Assembly: GCA_951406725.2 (NCBI GenBank)
Contig: OX597832.1
Coordinates: forward strand, 14,632,001 to 14,696,000
Reading direction: 5' to 3'
Origin: Octopus vulgaris
Lineage: Eukaryota
Length of the DNA stretch: 64,000 bases
A program made the position numbers and the translations under genes. This document shows positions 34,533-49,789 of the stretch, piece by piece (the first letter of the stretch is position 1; the number at the start of each line of letters is the position of its first letter). The notes beneath the pieces are model-generated. The model did not search any database. It was not told the DNA's origin and saw nothing but the letters and a program-made list of their open reading frames with translations.

Positions 34533-37500
34533 AATTATATAAGCAAACATTGAAAGAACATATAAGTCAATCATGAGAAATAAACATACTTTACATACAA
34601 CTAATCTGAGAATATATCACCTGCAGACATAAGAAAAAATCATGTTTCGAATGCAATGACGAAATAAATTTACTTATGCTTAGGCTTCCCGTGTTTAATA
34701 TCTATTGAAGTTACGTAGTCTAACACCACTATAATACCATCTGCGAAAATTCGTTTTGATGGTGACATAATGGGTAATAGAACCATCTGTTTATGTTCTG
34801 TTCTGTAGAAATAAGTGTTCGATAGCCTGGTAGACAATGAAGCTAACAGCGAGACCTTGGAAACGTCTTCAATATAGTTGAACATTAATTCAGTATGTAT
34901 ATTATACAATAGATATTGTACTGTTCATATTATTGTTTATCAATAGTATATACAGTGATAAGGAATAAAAGGAACTAACGTTGGTTGAACTGATTTTTGT
35001 GATATAATTTTAATTCTAAAGGTAAATTCACTGAAATTGCCATTTGGAAAAATTTCTTTCATATGTTACAAAAGGTGTAGACACACCATATCTGACCAGT
35101 GTCTCTCCTTAACGTATTCCCAAACGAGTTTCTCTGTCATTAGCCTTCTTCATTGGGAAATACTGGAGGTAGATAAACCCTAGGCTGATTCAAACCGTAG
35201 CCATATAAAAACAAACAGTATCAGCGATTGGGTTCCGCTCCTGTACTGGTTTATAGGAATAAAAACAGCTTAAGCAACTAGTAGTGACGAGGAATAAACA
35301 AAGTTTCCTTTAGTTCAAATGTGTTGCATTGTAATGTATCATCATGAGCTGCCGAATGGGGAAACACAAAAAAAGTGGAACAAATGATAGCCAAGTCATG
35401 CTTTGCCATATTTGTATGTGATAGAGCGTTCAGAAGCAATAGGTCGCCGGTCAGTGTAGCGTTTGAAAAATAACGGTGAGTGGTAAGAGTATCAACGTAT
35501 AACTGGGCTTTCTGCACCTGATTTAGCCTCGAAATCATATAGAGAGCAAATGAAGACAAAATTTCTGTAAAGGTTTGTGGGGAGAGTGTTCGTGGAATAC
35601 AGGTAATGCGTTGCTGGCCTGATTTCAAAGTTGAGACGGCCAGAATAACTATGGAATTTTTGACGGAGACAGATGAATTCAGGTGACTAACAGAACAAGG
35701 TAATCTGTTATTAGTGTTAATCAGGGCAGATTTGAAAAAAAGGACAATGAAGAGGATTAAGGTTCCGAGTTGTGCTTGTGAAACTGCTTAAATTGTGACT
35801 GCATTACACTAGGTTTGGCGATGTATATATTCAAGTTAAGTTCCTGTCGTCGGACTCTCTCCTTGTTGGATAACCATTCTAGATACAATTTGGTAATATT
35901 GGCACAAATGTGAAACAGTAGAAATAGACACACATGATAGTAAAAGAAATGTTATGGACACCTGCCGTTGTGTAACAGCGAAGTTAAACATCCCTGTAAA
36001 TGAAGTTTATAGCAACACAGAACTTTCATATCGTGAAATTTGAAATCATCTGCAAGCTTACACACAAACACAAAAAGATTGACACATGCACTCTCTCACA
36101 TTCATGAATGCACTAATTTCTCTGCGCATCAAATTGCAGGTTTTCGAAACTGCCATTTATTATTCGCAGTTAAACCTATAGAGTTTCTTCATTAACGCTT
36201 CTTCAGAACTCTTTACCACTTCTATTTTACGCCTGCAGTTTCCTTTGAAGAAGAATTTACGTAGAAGACGCTTTGTCATTTGGTTTTCCATGAGAAAATA
36301 TACTGCAGGTATGATATTGTATTGGGAGAATATTTTATTTGAGTATTTATTTTCGTGATCTCCTTATATGCTGCACTCACGCATTTACCCGGTACAACAA
36401 AGATTGTCAGTATACCTACGGAATACCAGCTCAGGTTGCAACTGTTTTACAAATATTGGGTAGGTCCTGTCATCAAAACTCGAAGCACTGCACTATATTT
36501 TCAGCTCTACACTTGTTGCAGTAAATAATTTTCTTAATTTTTCTTTTGCTTGAAGACAAAACATTTTCATTTAAAGGAAATTAAACATTTCATTCATGTT
36601 TTGTTTTCAATGTAGTGTTGCTTTGGTATTTCAAAATTGGAATGATTTGGTTAGGAATATATTGATTATATTTTGCACAAAATTCTACGCAATTTAGTAA
36701 AAGTGTGTATATTCAAGAGGACATTTTACATAAGATATTATGCCAGTTGTCCCGTTTTCTGCCGTATAAGAATATTATTCTAAACTAGACGACAATATCC
36801 TTTCATAATTCAGAAATCTAACGAACAAATCTCATTGTACTTTTTTACAAACGCATTATCCCTGCATTCGCAAATTTATTAAACCTATTTCTGCAATGAA
36901 AATACAAAAAGAATTAAAATAAACTTGGCGTGGTTTCATTCTATTGGAGTAATGAGAAAAAAACCGGAAATAATCACCGCATGCTTGTCAAATATCGCTG
37001 ATTAAAAAAAATATGAAATCTCGTAATATAGCACCTCCAACGTCAATGGCAGGTGACCCTCGCCAGCTAGGAACACTGAGACGTCGCTTGAAATAGCATA
37101 AACGAATGAAATATTCGCTTCCGTTCACGGAACGTTATTCCTCTTTAAATTAACAAGTCAAAATGTTTCAAAATATTATTATGTACATACCCTTACATTA
37201 TACCACTTAGCGATTTTATTGCCTCTCTTCATGATGTGTAGAACACTGAACAGTAGTAAAATTCAGTTTTAATTATAGACACTATTAAATCTCAAATCTA
37301 AAATAGACAATCTGGCAAATTTTGCTAACTGAAAGCTGATTGATATCCCTGGGATATTCTCGAATAATCTAAACGCTGAATTGTGCTTCATTCGTTGATC
37401 ATATTAAGAAACATAAAACCTATAAATAATCAGCTGTATTTTCTAAGAACAAAAGATGCTTGTCTCACAGCATTTGGATTAGTGTCACATAAGATGTGGG

Positions 37501-37762
37501 ATTATGTATTTGCTGAACATGGGCTCTGTAGTCATTTGACTGTCGTGATATTGTCTCATATGTCTACATATTCATAGAGTATGTGTCACTGAGATATCAT
37601 ATTAAAATTCAAAATAAATCTTAAGGTTTTATGCACATTTTCATTGCAGAATTAACTTCTCCGTGTAATGCAGTATGACTTATTTTGCAGCTAAATTCTG
37701 TTTCATTCATATATAGGAAGATAAACACACACACACATACACAGACACATACACACACACAG

Positions 37763-37836
<74 letters not shown>

Positions 37837-38169
37837 TTGGCCATCACATAAATAATGCTGCTTTCTCGATTACATGCGCTAAAAGTCGGAGGAGAACTGG
37901 ATAAACTACCTGCATCAACTCTCTATAAAAGCAGGTAATAATTATACTTTCTACTTATTCTTAATGCAAGTTTTCATGGGTGCTGTGCGATTTTAACATT
38001 TATTTTTTCGAAGCTATAATGCAAGCTGCTTTCTATGCCTTCACCAGAGTATGGTACGGGACTTGCCTCTTTGAGCTGGGAAATGAATGGTATACCTGGT
38101 GGGTGTGCTGTCATGGTAACCCTCTCCTATGGGGAATTTAGGCCTACGTGAATAAAAAATAATAAAGGA

Positions 38170-39011
38170 ATTAACAAAGGAGCATATTCGCCATATTTTG
38201 CTTTATCAGTTCAACAGATGCAACAACGGAAGTTGCGAGAAATATTAATGTTGTATATGGGGATCAGACAATAAGAGTAAGTCAGTATCAAAGATTGTTC
38301 CAGAAATTCCGAGCCGGAAATTACAACCGAGAAGATCCTCGTCTTGGAAGATTTATAGAGTTCCACGAGATATCCTGGTGACACCAAATGAGTTCTCATT
38401 AAAATCTCAATCGCCAAAGACAGTGGGGAGGGAAAGGCAAAACACCGGCGCCTCATGTTAAAGGTCTTCCCCAACGTAATGTGTTGTTATCTGTTTGGTG
38501 AGATATGAAATGTTTATTCCACTTTGAACTTCTAAGCACAAACCAAACGATAGCAAAGATATACCACGACCAGCTTGAGCTCATTACGTTAGCGCTAGAA
38601 GAGAAGCAACCATCTTCGGTTACAAAGCTAATAGGCTTTCTTCTATCAGGATAATTCTCGGCAACATACAGCGAGGATCACATTCCTAAGAATGGAGGAG
38701 TTTGAATAGGAAACGATGCTAAATTTATCATATTCGCCGGACATTGACCCATCTGATTATCATTTATTCCACTGTCTTAAAAAATATGAATTCTGTAGAG
38801 AAGGCCACAATATTACTGGAGGAGTATTTGTCGTCACAGACAAGAGAATTTGGGGACAGGGGCCTTATAAATCTACAAGATAGATAGACGGATAAAAGAG
38901 CATTATAGAAAATAAAGGAAATATTAATTTAGTTTAAAAAAGAACTTCGTTTATCTTAATTATTGTAAATATAAAAATTACAAAAAAACTGTATTATTTA
39001 TGGGATGACAT
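38170..39011 (+). mobile_element. Decayed mariner transposase with 3' TIR remnant
   Basis: EHIRHILLYQFN…ARNINVVYGDQTIRVSQYQRLFQKFRAGNY (HTH), VLLSVW*DMKCLFHFELL, YQDNSRQHTA and YSPDIDPSDYHLF (YSPDLAP motif); multiple stops and frameshifts. Confidence 0.9.
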
Positions 39012-39082
39012 ACTATATGTATTCATTTGCATTTTCATTTTATCTAGTTTCAGCTCATGAGCTGTGGCCATGCTGGGGCATG

Positions 39083-39130
<48 letters not shown>

Positions 39131-39480
39131 CATATGTATATATATATTATACACATATACATACATATATTTATGTATGCATGTATGTATGTATGTATAC
39201 ACTTCTATAGGCCACATTTCGCGAAAAACGGAACTGCAACTACAATATTTTATAATTTATTTCTACTTTCATTCTCTTTTTCCCCACTATATTCCATATC
39301 TCCTTTTCCACAATAATTCTTTATTTCGAACTCAAATATTTACTTCTATTTAGGCATCTCGCATCATCCCTCATAAAGTTATATACTCATTATCCTAGAA
39401 ACAGCTTTAAGCTATTCTTTTTCCTTATAAGTGCGCTGAAAACTACTCAGTCTTGGCTTTGTTACCTCATTTTTTCTTTT

Positions 39481-39537
<57 letters not shown>

Positions 39538-39707
39538 CATGCATGTATCTATGTATGTATGAATGTATCTATGCATGTATGTATATCAGGAAAATTGTTC
39601 AATCTGAATTCCTGGAGCGACATATTTTTCCATTCGAGTCAATACAGAATTACAGATGGTATTCATGGAATTTTGATTTACTGCCGGTTGACTTTTGGCC
39701 AAACATT

Positions 39708-40596
39708 TATACCAAATGCAATGGGTAAATTGTCGTCATTTCATCATTTTTATATTGCACCAGCGCATTGTTTTTTTCTTTTGGTGGGGGTTGTCAACTA
39801 CACAACATATTCAGGTTTGTTTGGCACAGCCTTTGAGAAAAGCATCATTATGATGCATTTCAATCTGCCAATGATTTCGAAGCAACATACTGCACTGCTT
39901 GGCATTTGCACCGGGTGCTCCAATACAGATACTTCCTAGTGTTTTGGTGTTAATTTGAGAACAGTGCAATCTGAGGTCATGTACTGAGAATGATAAAAAT
40001 CAAACATCTAGTCAATTTCACAGTGCTTCTAGTGACAACTTTTTATAGCAAATTTATTCCTCTATTCACCTTCCAACACGGTATGAGACTCAATGCGGAG
40101 ACCTACATGAAATACCTGGTGGATGTAGTTCTCCCTTGGGTCAAGGGAGTTGTTGCAGGAAAATCCTATGCCGTGTAACTTTGCACCATGGCACACAAGC
40201 AAGAGAACCCAGTAACGTCTACCAGAAAATTTCTACGACCACATCACTCAAAACATCTGACCACATAACTCCGCAGACTGCAAACCCGTTGATTGTTATG
40301 TGAAGGGTGCAGTTGTGAAAGTGACGACCAAATCTCCTCGTAACATCAAAGATGAATTAAAGACAAGCGTTATGGCAGCATTCACCAATTTATACAGGGG
40401 GACCAATAGAGTTGCCGGAAATTCCGATGTTGTCTGGAGGCCGTGGTTAAAGCCAATGGTGATTTTAATGAAACAAATTACTGTTTACTATTTCAAGGTA
40501 TTTTAATGTAATTTTGGTAGCTACATCTATTCAAATAGAATGTCAGTGTTATTTTCCTTTTTTGAGTAATTTAGATGACACTTTATTCACCGTATA
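39708..40596 (+). mobile_element. Decayed, internally deleted Tc1/mariner-superfamily element (maT/DD37D-like)
   Basis: N-terminal HTALLGI…FGVNLRTVQ; FQHGMRLNAETYMKYL..VVLPWV; APWHTSKRTQ…ENFYDHITQNI*PHNSADCKPVDCYV (WPPNSPDLNPLDY-like). Partial TIR similarity between taaattgtcgtc and the reverse complement of gatgacacttta. Confidence 0.8.
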
Positions 40597-40639
40597 TGTG
40601 TTCAACTCTAGCAGAACGTTATGTGTGGTCAACTCTTCC

Positions 40640-40912
40640 CGGGCGACATGTGCGTTCAAATCTTGAGGAACGACCTACACAGACTATTCGTTTATAGAAA
40701 TCAAAAGTTCGGCGCAAACATTTGTACACTCTCTATCACATCGGTGTTCTCTGAGCAGGTGTACAGTGGTCCACCGGTGAGGTTTCGAAGTGATCTCAGA
40801 GCCACGGGATATGGAATGTTTTGGTCAAGAAAACCACTCAAAAATCCGTATAGGAATTGAAACCATGATCTCCCGATCGTGAGCGTAACACATTAACTAC
40901 TAAATAATGCGT
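40640..40912 (-). mobile_element. Degenerate tRNA-derived SINE related to family 3
   Basis: Reverse-complement head tagtagttaatgtgttacgctcacgatcgggagatcatggtttcaattcc resembles the 61736 head. Confidence 0.5.
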
Positions 40913-40937
40913 TGTGGCACACTCATGCAAGCGCACA

Positions 40938-40981
<44 letters not shown>

Positions 40982-41961
40982 CCTATATATTTTTCTACTA
41001 TTAACTCTCGGAAAAAATGTTAATGAAGAGTGATAGAGATTAATTACTATATGTGTCAGGGTTTTGTAATATTGAGATTCATGGAAGTTGTTCCTCGTGA
41101 CATGCGTAAGCAGCCCGTGTAGCGACATGCAGAAGTCTGTAGAGCTAGAGGTTATATCTACCGAAATAATTCGTAACTGACGAGAAATGTTAAAAATGAG
41201 TAACATTTTCTCTTGCATCTGCGTCTCAAATTAAAATTTTCATAATGAGACTACGAAATATTGAAACCTGGACATGAATTTAGAAAACCTTTGATTCTTA
41301 ATTAAGTGCAAAACGTTATATAACAATGTGAAACACAACTATCCAATAAAGATTTTAGAAAATAGTCCTACAGTTAAAGTATTATGCCTCAACTAATATA
41401 TATTATATATGCTCGCATGATTGTAAGTATATATTTGTATCTATATACACATGTATTTATTCCTACAGGCAAATGTAGACAGACAGACAGGCACACACAG
41501 AGGCACAGCTATATTAAGAGATGTTCTTTTACCTGTGATAGTAATCGATTGATCATTCACTAACATTCATCCAAGAGGAAAATTTCCCAAAACGGATGCA
41601 TGAATTATAGGGCTGTGTATTTGGAAGTATGGATTAAAATATTATTTCTATTCACCGAAATTCCACTAAGCTTTCAACATTAATGTATCACTCTCTCTTA
41701 AATGCTATCAAAAAAAAAAACTTTCAGTTAATTATTAATCAGATCATTTTAAATGGGAATGACTAATGAATAACGGGTAATTAAAGAAGTTAATGGTTTG
41801 CGGGAACGTCGATATTTTTAATTTCTCAGTTTAATAAACATCCTATAATGTGTAAATAGTCTGTGAATGGAGGAGTAACAAAATATTAAATAGAAAACAA
41901 TTAACGCTGAAGGCACATTTAAATTATTAGAAAACTACTTTCGTCAAATTATTCTGTTTTA

Positions 41962-42013
41962 ATATATATATATATATATATACATTCATACATATATATA
42001 TATATATATATAA

Positions 42014-42056
<43 letters not shown>

Positions 42057-42356
42057 TATTATAGATATATATTATATTATATATATATATTTGTATCTAT
42101 ATATATATATGTATATATACACATATATACGAATATATATATATATATATATGTGTGTATTTATATCTATATCTAACTATCTATCTATCTATCTATATAT
42201 ATATGTATATATATGTGTAACTATATATATATACATAAATATATATATATTATATATATATATATATATACATATACTTATAAATATATATATATATATA
42301 TATATACATATAAATATAAATACTAATATATATATATATATATATATACATATAAA
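41962..42356. repeat. ~400-bp degenerate (TA)n low-complexity block
   Basis: Directly visible. Confidence 0.95.
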
Positions 42357-42979
42357 TGATTGAAAAGTGTATCTCATTAGCAATTACATCTTAAGGCGAA
42401 ATTTAATACAGGCCACAAAAATTACAGACGGTACTGACAAGCAGCTCTTTTGGAAAATATAGTAGTTAGAACAACTCAAAAGCCACAAGTGTACTCAACA
42501 TAATGACCGACAAAGGGAGTTAAGATCGGTACACATTAGGATCACAATTTCGGATATTGCTGTAGAAAATTTTAATCCGCTTCATCGACTTTTAACGTCT
42601 ACTGTTAAACCCAACAACCTCTGTCAGTCTCTTAAGAAAAACCGTTGAAAACACCCGCTGATTTTCGAAGCCATAAAGTGTAAACGACAATCTAAAACAT
42701 GTGGCTTATTAATAATTAGAACTTAAAGGAAAAATTGATATAGGTCACAACTGTCACCGATATTACAATAACCGAAATAACCGATAGCTCGCAACTCCCA
42801 TTGTCAGACATTAGGTTCCACGCCTTTCTGGCTTTTGAGTTATTTTATTTCTTACTTTTAGTAAAAGAGGGTGGTAGTTAGATATGTTTCGACCAAAGAT
42901 TGGTCCAGGCCATGTCTAACTTAATAGCACCACCTGATAGGATTATTCGAATCCTGTTTAAGTCAAAACAGGAATCCTG

Positions 42980-43106
<127 letters not shown>

Positions 43107-44454
43107 GCAGGTGTGTGTCTGTGTGTTCGTTTCATGTGTATGCTCATTTGTATGTAGACATTTTCGGAGAGCTATATCTCACACTCTGAAATTCGTGTCT
43201 AATTGAAGATATCAAACTCATCTAATAACACTGAAATATGTAGTGACGAAAACATACTTTCTCTTTTTCAAATGTACACCACCTCAATTATATTTGATAC
43301 CTACAATGTGCTTACACATGCAAATAATCTCTTGTATCTTATACAACTTATAATGGACATATATCTGCGGTTTGATACAAATTCGCATCTTTAGATTTTA
43401 CATTCTAAACGGCGAATAGAGAGAGATGGATGTACCTGCATAGCGGCCACTGCGTCATCGCAACATTTGACTTATTTTTATGAAATGCACACAGCTCTGC
43501 CCAGTTGTAGATGTTTTTATAAAATCAAGCGAAATTGGAATATTCATCGTATATTACTTGATAAACTAGTTCTTAGGTGCAGGTAGTATGATATACAATA
43601 CTAAGACAGGATGTCAACACGCTTTCATTAGCCGAAATAATATTATATTGTAGCATATCAAAATAGAAATTATCTTTCGGAAATATTCTTATCTGTTGCG
43701 TAGTTTACTGTGAATATAATGATAGAAAATTGTTTATCTCTTATGTACAAATACCATCTGTGAAAATTTTATGTTCTGATAATAGACGCATAAAATGTGT
43801 GTAAACAACAATATTTTCAGAAAACAAGTTATCAAATAATCGGGTGATTATAAGAAACATAACTTCATCGATATTTCGATAATACGTTCTAAAGATTCCT
43901 ATGTTGAAATTGCAACATATGCAGAAAGGTGTGCAAATCAATCGTACCTGACTCTATGATAGTCCACACCTACTATACATCAGAATAATTTTATTGTAAG
44001 TGCTAATAAAGAATGAAAATATTGGTATGTTGTTTTTTCTTTTATACTGAACTAGCAGGGTTTTTTCCGGGTACGTAAGTTCGAAAAAGCTTAGAAACTA
44101 ATAAAGCGATTAACACCCACCTCCCTTAAGCACATTTCACGCTTTGTGGCAAGACTAATACCTAAGAACCTCTTTCAGAGAACTGCACGTGTAAATTTAC
44201 GACAACAATGAAATGAAAAAATATAGCAACAAAACTTATAACACCAATAACGTTGGACTGAAATATGGGACCACAACATTTTTAGTTTTTCCCTGGTGGG
44301 AAGAAGACATGTAAATTAATCCTACAACCCACTCTTGAGCAGACAACGTACACGATTTAATAAAACAATAAGTGCAACACTTCTTGATCTGGAGAGTGAA
44401 TAAATAGAATGTCAACAGGTCTTGAATTCATGCTGATTAATATCTCAATGCCCA

Positions 44455-44620
44455 AATGCGGTAAGCAGAGAGAATCGTCATCATGTTGAACAAAATGTTC
44501 AGTGGCATTTCGTCCATTTTTACCTTCTTAGATTACATTCCGGCGATGTCGAGTTTGTCTTTCATCCTTCAGGGATCGATAAAATAAGTACCAGCCAAGC
44601 TTCTTAATCGTTCCCCTTTC
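44455..44620 (+). mobile_element. Degenerate SINE family 2 copy
   Basis: gcagagagaatcgt…gcatttcgtcc…attccggcgatgtcgagtttgtctttcatccttcagggatcgataaaataagtaccag. Confidence 0.75.
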
Positions 44621-47600
44621 CCAGTATTTTCTTTGCATTTTTCCGTTACCGAAGTTTGATCATTAGAATTGTTATGAGTTACATAAAACCCAAAATTATA
44701 TTTGCCCAAAGCCTTCGCAACTAAACCGTAAGTCAATCGAATACACATGTTTCAGCGATGTTACATGTAGTGAACCGGAAATTTATAAATGTTTACTTGG
44801 ATACACGTTGTAGAGCCTGCGAAAAGGACTGGGTTAGTTGACAATTTAATCAGCATGGGAATTAGAATAGATTTCACAATGTAAAAAGTGTGAAATACTG
44901 CTGAATTTAGGACATATCTATGTTTGATTTAATAAAATCCGCACGGAGGTCAATGTATTTCTCTTCACTTTCACATTTTCAACGCAAGCATACCCACACA
45001 CACGTACTCACAGATATGTTATGTGTGTATGTGTGTATGTGAGTGAGTGTGTGTATCTGTGCGCGTGCTTGTGTATGTGTTTGTGTGTGTGTGCCGTCTT
45101 GTGCGCAGTTAAGTCTCTGTATATAACTATGTTAAAGAGCGCATGACTTTTGATAAATACTTGCCTGAAGATATTTTTATTCAATAACTATTTTTTGCTG
45201 AAATCACAATTAGAATATTATGAAACGTCTTGTAATATAGACGATATCTGATTTACAATAGGTAATATCTCCGTTGGGTTTACAAGCAGGAAAATGTTTT
45301 AAGCACTCTCCGGACAATCAACACAAATAAAGTTTTTCAATATGAACGGATTTTACTTTCGAAAATTGTTCTGAAAGGATATTTTACGATAGCGACATAT
45401 TTTATATGTAATATATGTCGAGCTGAGAGAATTGACAGTGAAGATGCTACAACTAATAAAGATTTTATAGGTTCTATATTTCTTACCAACGGAAATATCA
45501 TCATCTCCGTATCCATATACGAACGATTAATAATGATAAGCGTATTGTTTTAGCTTTACCCCATATATCTATTTGTTCTTAAAATCTCAGACAAACGGTA
45601 ACTATATGCAAAAATTGTAAATGATGTCTCGTTTTTCTCCAAAATAACAATTACATAAGCATTTTCGTTTCACGAGTGTAATTTTGCACAGTAGATTTTG
45701 TCGAACATTTTCAGGAACCATTTATTCTGAATTCAACAATTCAAATGCTCATACTGCCACAAATAGTGTGAAATACATCCATGTTCACACGCAAACATAA
45801 ATGGACATAACTCTCGTACAAAATTTAAGGTGATATATTTTAATATACCAAGCAATATATTTTCTGTTATGTTACCTTCTAATATACATGAATCACTGAA
45901 AGTATAATCGTTTGCTCAAAGACACATTAGATTATATTCTCTGATTCCGGGAAGATTTTATATAATAATATATTATGAATGAAGAAAAATGTAATCTCGC
46001 GTGTTCTAAAAACTTCCATAATTCTGAATCTCCGAAACAGCATGAATAATTCACGAATGATGGTAGTACATTCCATAAAAATATGCTAAAATAACTACAA
46101 GTAAGTCAAAAATTTTATAGCGCTCAATACATGGATTCATTAGAGAATCAAACAGAAAGTTTGGCTGTTTTTATTCTGAATATCCGAATTTATATCACGT
46201 CGCAGTAATCTACGTCTTTCATTCTTCCTTAGTAAAATCTTTAAAAATCTAAGATGTAAGATGATCCGTGTGTGAGAAGACATTTATGAAGCGAAATGTC
46301 ACCGTCTCTAACTCGGGTGGTAGATTAAACCTGAATCATGGCTATACAGGAGTAGGACAAAAGGGGAAAATACACATAAATCATTTCTACACCCCAAAGA
46401 TCTAACCTAAAAGTCTGATCGACGACCTCTTGACAAATATACCAATGCACCTCTACTATATTAACCTATGGTTGTATTCCACTGAGATAGAAGTATCCCT
46501 GTCAGGTCCCTCGTTTGTGTAAAGCGAAAATAAATTAAGCAAATATTCCTTCCAGTATATTCCATATTCAACATATTCAGGAAGTAAAACGTGTTAGATC
46601 AGACACATGAGGGAATTTCTCTATTCTACATTTGTAGGTTTTTGATAAGTAAAAAGAATAACTTTTAAAAGCTATTTGACACAACTGAACATGTGGAGAT
46701 TGGAATACATTACATTGAAATACATAAAAGTGAAACAGCGAGCTGCTTCAGCATAGACATTTTAGTTAAACTGAAGGTGTACAATCACTATATGTTTTAA
46801 AAATAATAGGGACATATTTCGATCGGGTAGTTCCTAGAAAGATCATTCGGTGTTGGATCAAATCACATATTGTATAATAAAGCTTTTCTGTAATTTTTTA
46901 ATAAAATTTCTAACTGGCAATGTTTTAGATTCTGATGTTTCAATTCAAAATATGATTTAAACCATTATTAATTGACTATAATTTCGTTCCAGATGGATAT
47001 TGTTATTACCTTGTTTGTATTTATTCTTTTATTGTACATTGCGTAATTAATTTAATATTACATAAATTCGGTTTATTAGGGTTGAGCATTTCGTTTGTTA
47101 GTTACATTGGTATTTTTCACTGTGTCATAAATGATTCAAGTTCAGATTGATCGTTAGACGCCGGTTTTAGCTGAGATCGCTTCTGCATCAATGATGACGA
47201 CGGCATTTCGTGACGTTTTGATTTACCATGTGGTAACTATGTCCAGGAGGCAAAAATGTTTTCCAACACGATTAAAGCTGTTAAGAAAAGAATTTCAAAA
47301 TAGGCTTAAAACATCTACGAAACCAGATGCACAGTTTTCCTGATGTTCAAAAGTAGTGAAATATGGATTTTGGATTATAAGGTATTTATTGGATTACAAT
47401 GTTAGTTTTTGGTCTATACCACAAATAGTTTGTTACAAATTTAGTATTCTCACAACGTATTCTACTTTTGCGTTTCGTAGCTTATATTTTACTTTTATTC
47501 ACGAAATAAAAAGAGATATTTGATTTCTACAGATATCTACCTGTTCACAATATACGGCTTGGTTAATTTTGGTCCTGTTTCTCCTATTTAATTCTCACTG

Positions 47601-48999
47601 TAATTTGAGCATGTAATGAAATAAATATTTTTTCGTGTCGTAATTCTTATTTGCATTCTTCTTCATCTCCTTCCCATTATTGAATCCTTTAGTTGCACCT
47701 TATTTCAATTTTTCAAGCTTCGTACAACATGGGTCTCTGAACTGTATTATTCTCATCATTTCTTATTCTACTATGAATCCTTACTTTCTTAGGAGACATT
47801 TCTTTTTCGGTCATTGTGCACCATAGTTAATAATTTATGATTCCTTTGCTTCTTGTCGAGTATTGAAAGTCTCATGGGGAACCGGAATTATCTTTTGACC
47901 GAATATAAAATGCTTTGGTTTTTATAATTACGTGTGGCTAAAAATGGAATATTTATAATTTTGCTTTATCTTTATCTTTATGATGCTTGTTCCTCCACAA
48001 AGCAAAGTTTGTAATGATTGTTTTTATTTTTGGTTATGGCTTAAATTTTTGCTTTTATTGTTTCTGAAGGAAAATATTTATTTCTGTCCCTCATATATGT
48101 CCTTATTCTGTGTATATAAATATTGAGCATATACGTCTTGCAATACTGAACAGGATGTTCCATTTTATGTAGGATGGCTGGCACGATATAAAATCCGAAT
48201 ATTTATGTGTGACTGTGTCACTGCAGTAGAGATAAGTTATAACTGTCTTCTTGTCTTTAAATATCAGAATGTCCAGAAAAAGAAGTTCATTTCATATATT
48301 TCCATAGCGAACTGGAATAATTCATGAATGTCATTTATTAATTTAAGCAATGTCTGCAGATCCTGATTAATTCCGCTCCAAAATATGATGCAGTCATCTA
48401 AGCAAGCATCTTTTGCTGTTTCCTATGCATATGATTTGAAGTTTTGATCAAGAGTAATTACAAGGATATTTGCTGCTATGTTTCTCATTAAGAGGGTCAC
48501 AAGCATTGGGATGTTGTCTTTCGTTCCCATTGTCCCGCATTCTATAAGTAGGTAACACAGAGTTGTACTGTTTCTACTCCTAATACATGGCGCTTATTAA
48601 GGTAGAGACCGGTTACTACAAAGCGAATAAATTTGTGTGGTGGTGACGGATTATGTGTGCGTGTTTGCGTGCGTGTGTGTGTGCGCGCACGTGCATGTTA
48701 CAAACTGCAAAATTGCTGAATTTACTTCAGGAAATAGCTTGCCTACCTCCAACAACTAATAGTTCATCGCTATATCTAAAGAAAGAGTCTCTTCAGCTAC
48801 ATATAATATCAATATCTGAAATCTACGAAACTCTTTCGGAGGTGAGGAGAAGTAGCAATACGAAACTCTCCGCATGATGACAAAAGTGCAAGAAATGGTG
48901 TTCAGAGAAAGAAAATAATGATTTAATAACATGACCTGAACAATTGAACAATTCAGTATGACGGGAAAGCATTAAATGTCGCGCATTGAAGACATTTTA

Positions 49000-49750
49000 G
49001 ATAATGATGCAGAGTGAGCGCAAAAGCACTATTAATGGGTGCGTTGCAACAGCATCAGATAATAGGAAACTGCATTTAAATCAATGCCCTCACTAAAGCA
49101 AGATGATAAAATGGATAGACGGGGTTGTTGAAAGGAAGGTGGGTGAAATGAGATCAAGAGGTGGAGCACGTCAGTGATGAGCTTCCTTCTTCAAGTGTAG
49201 CTTTGATGCAGTGACGTAAACAAAATAGTGAATGTCAACAACTGTATATGTAGAAAAGGTGACACGCTACAGGATATCTTTTGAAATTACACAAGCATGT
49301 TGAAAAGGTAGGCTAAAAGATGTACACAGAATTCTCTAAATTTCTGCTTGGAAGCACAAGGAATTGAGGAATGTTGGCAAGAACCCGTAGAAGGATGTAG
49401 GTAATAGTTTCACACATATTTTAGTAGACGTAACTTTGAGTGCCTAAATCAGTTGCAGACAGATGTGATTAAGGAGTGGGATGGAATTAGAGATATAGCA
49501 GATATTTCTGTAGATTGTACTCACCTATTACAAATCACAGCAACGAAGAAATCGGTCACGACAGTATGATCCGAGGATCGTATGATACTACAATTTGTTG
49601 AATTAATTGTTCCACTGCAGAAAATATAGATGCAAGCATTAGTAGACAGCTGTGTAGATGCCGCTTCGGTGCATTAGCATGTATCGATTGCTCTAGTACC
49701 AGTCCGTGACGATGGCTACTTTCAATTGAAGTGAAACACCACCAAGCAAA
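49000..49750 (-). mobile_element. Possible highly decayed LINE remnant (endonuclease region)
   Basis: Only a short SSDHTVV motif (GSSDH-like, ~49555-49580) and a purine-rich plus strand; no long frame. Confidence 0.25.
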
Positions 49751-49789
49751 CGCTAACTTGGAATAGCTCCAGGATACAGGTAAGAGAGA

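Noticed and set aside
35250-35900. ORF 35278-35628 as a LINE RT remnant (HDDTL resembling YADD)
   Set aside because: The motif order is inconsistent and the similarity is too weak to support by eye.
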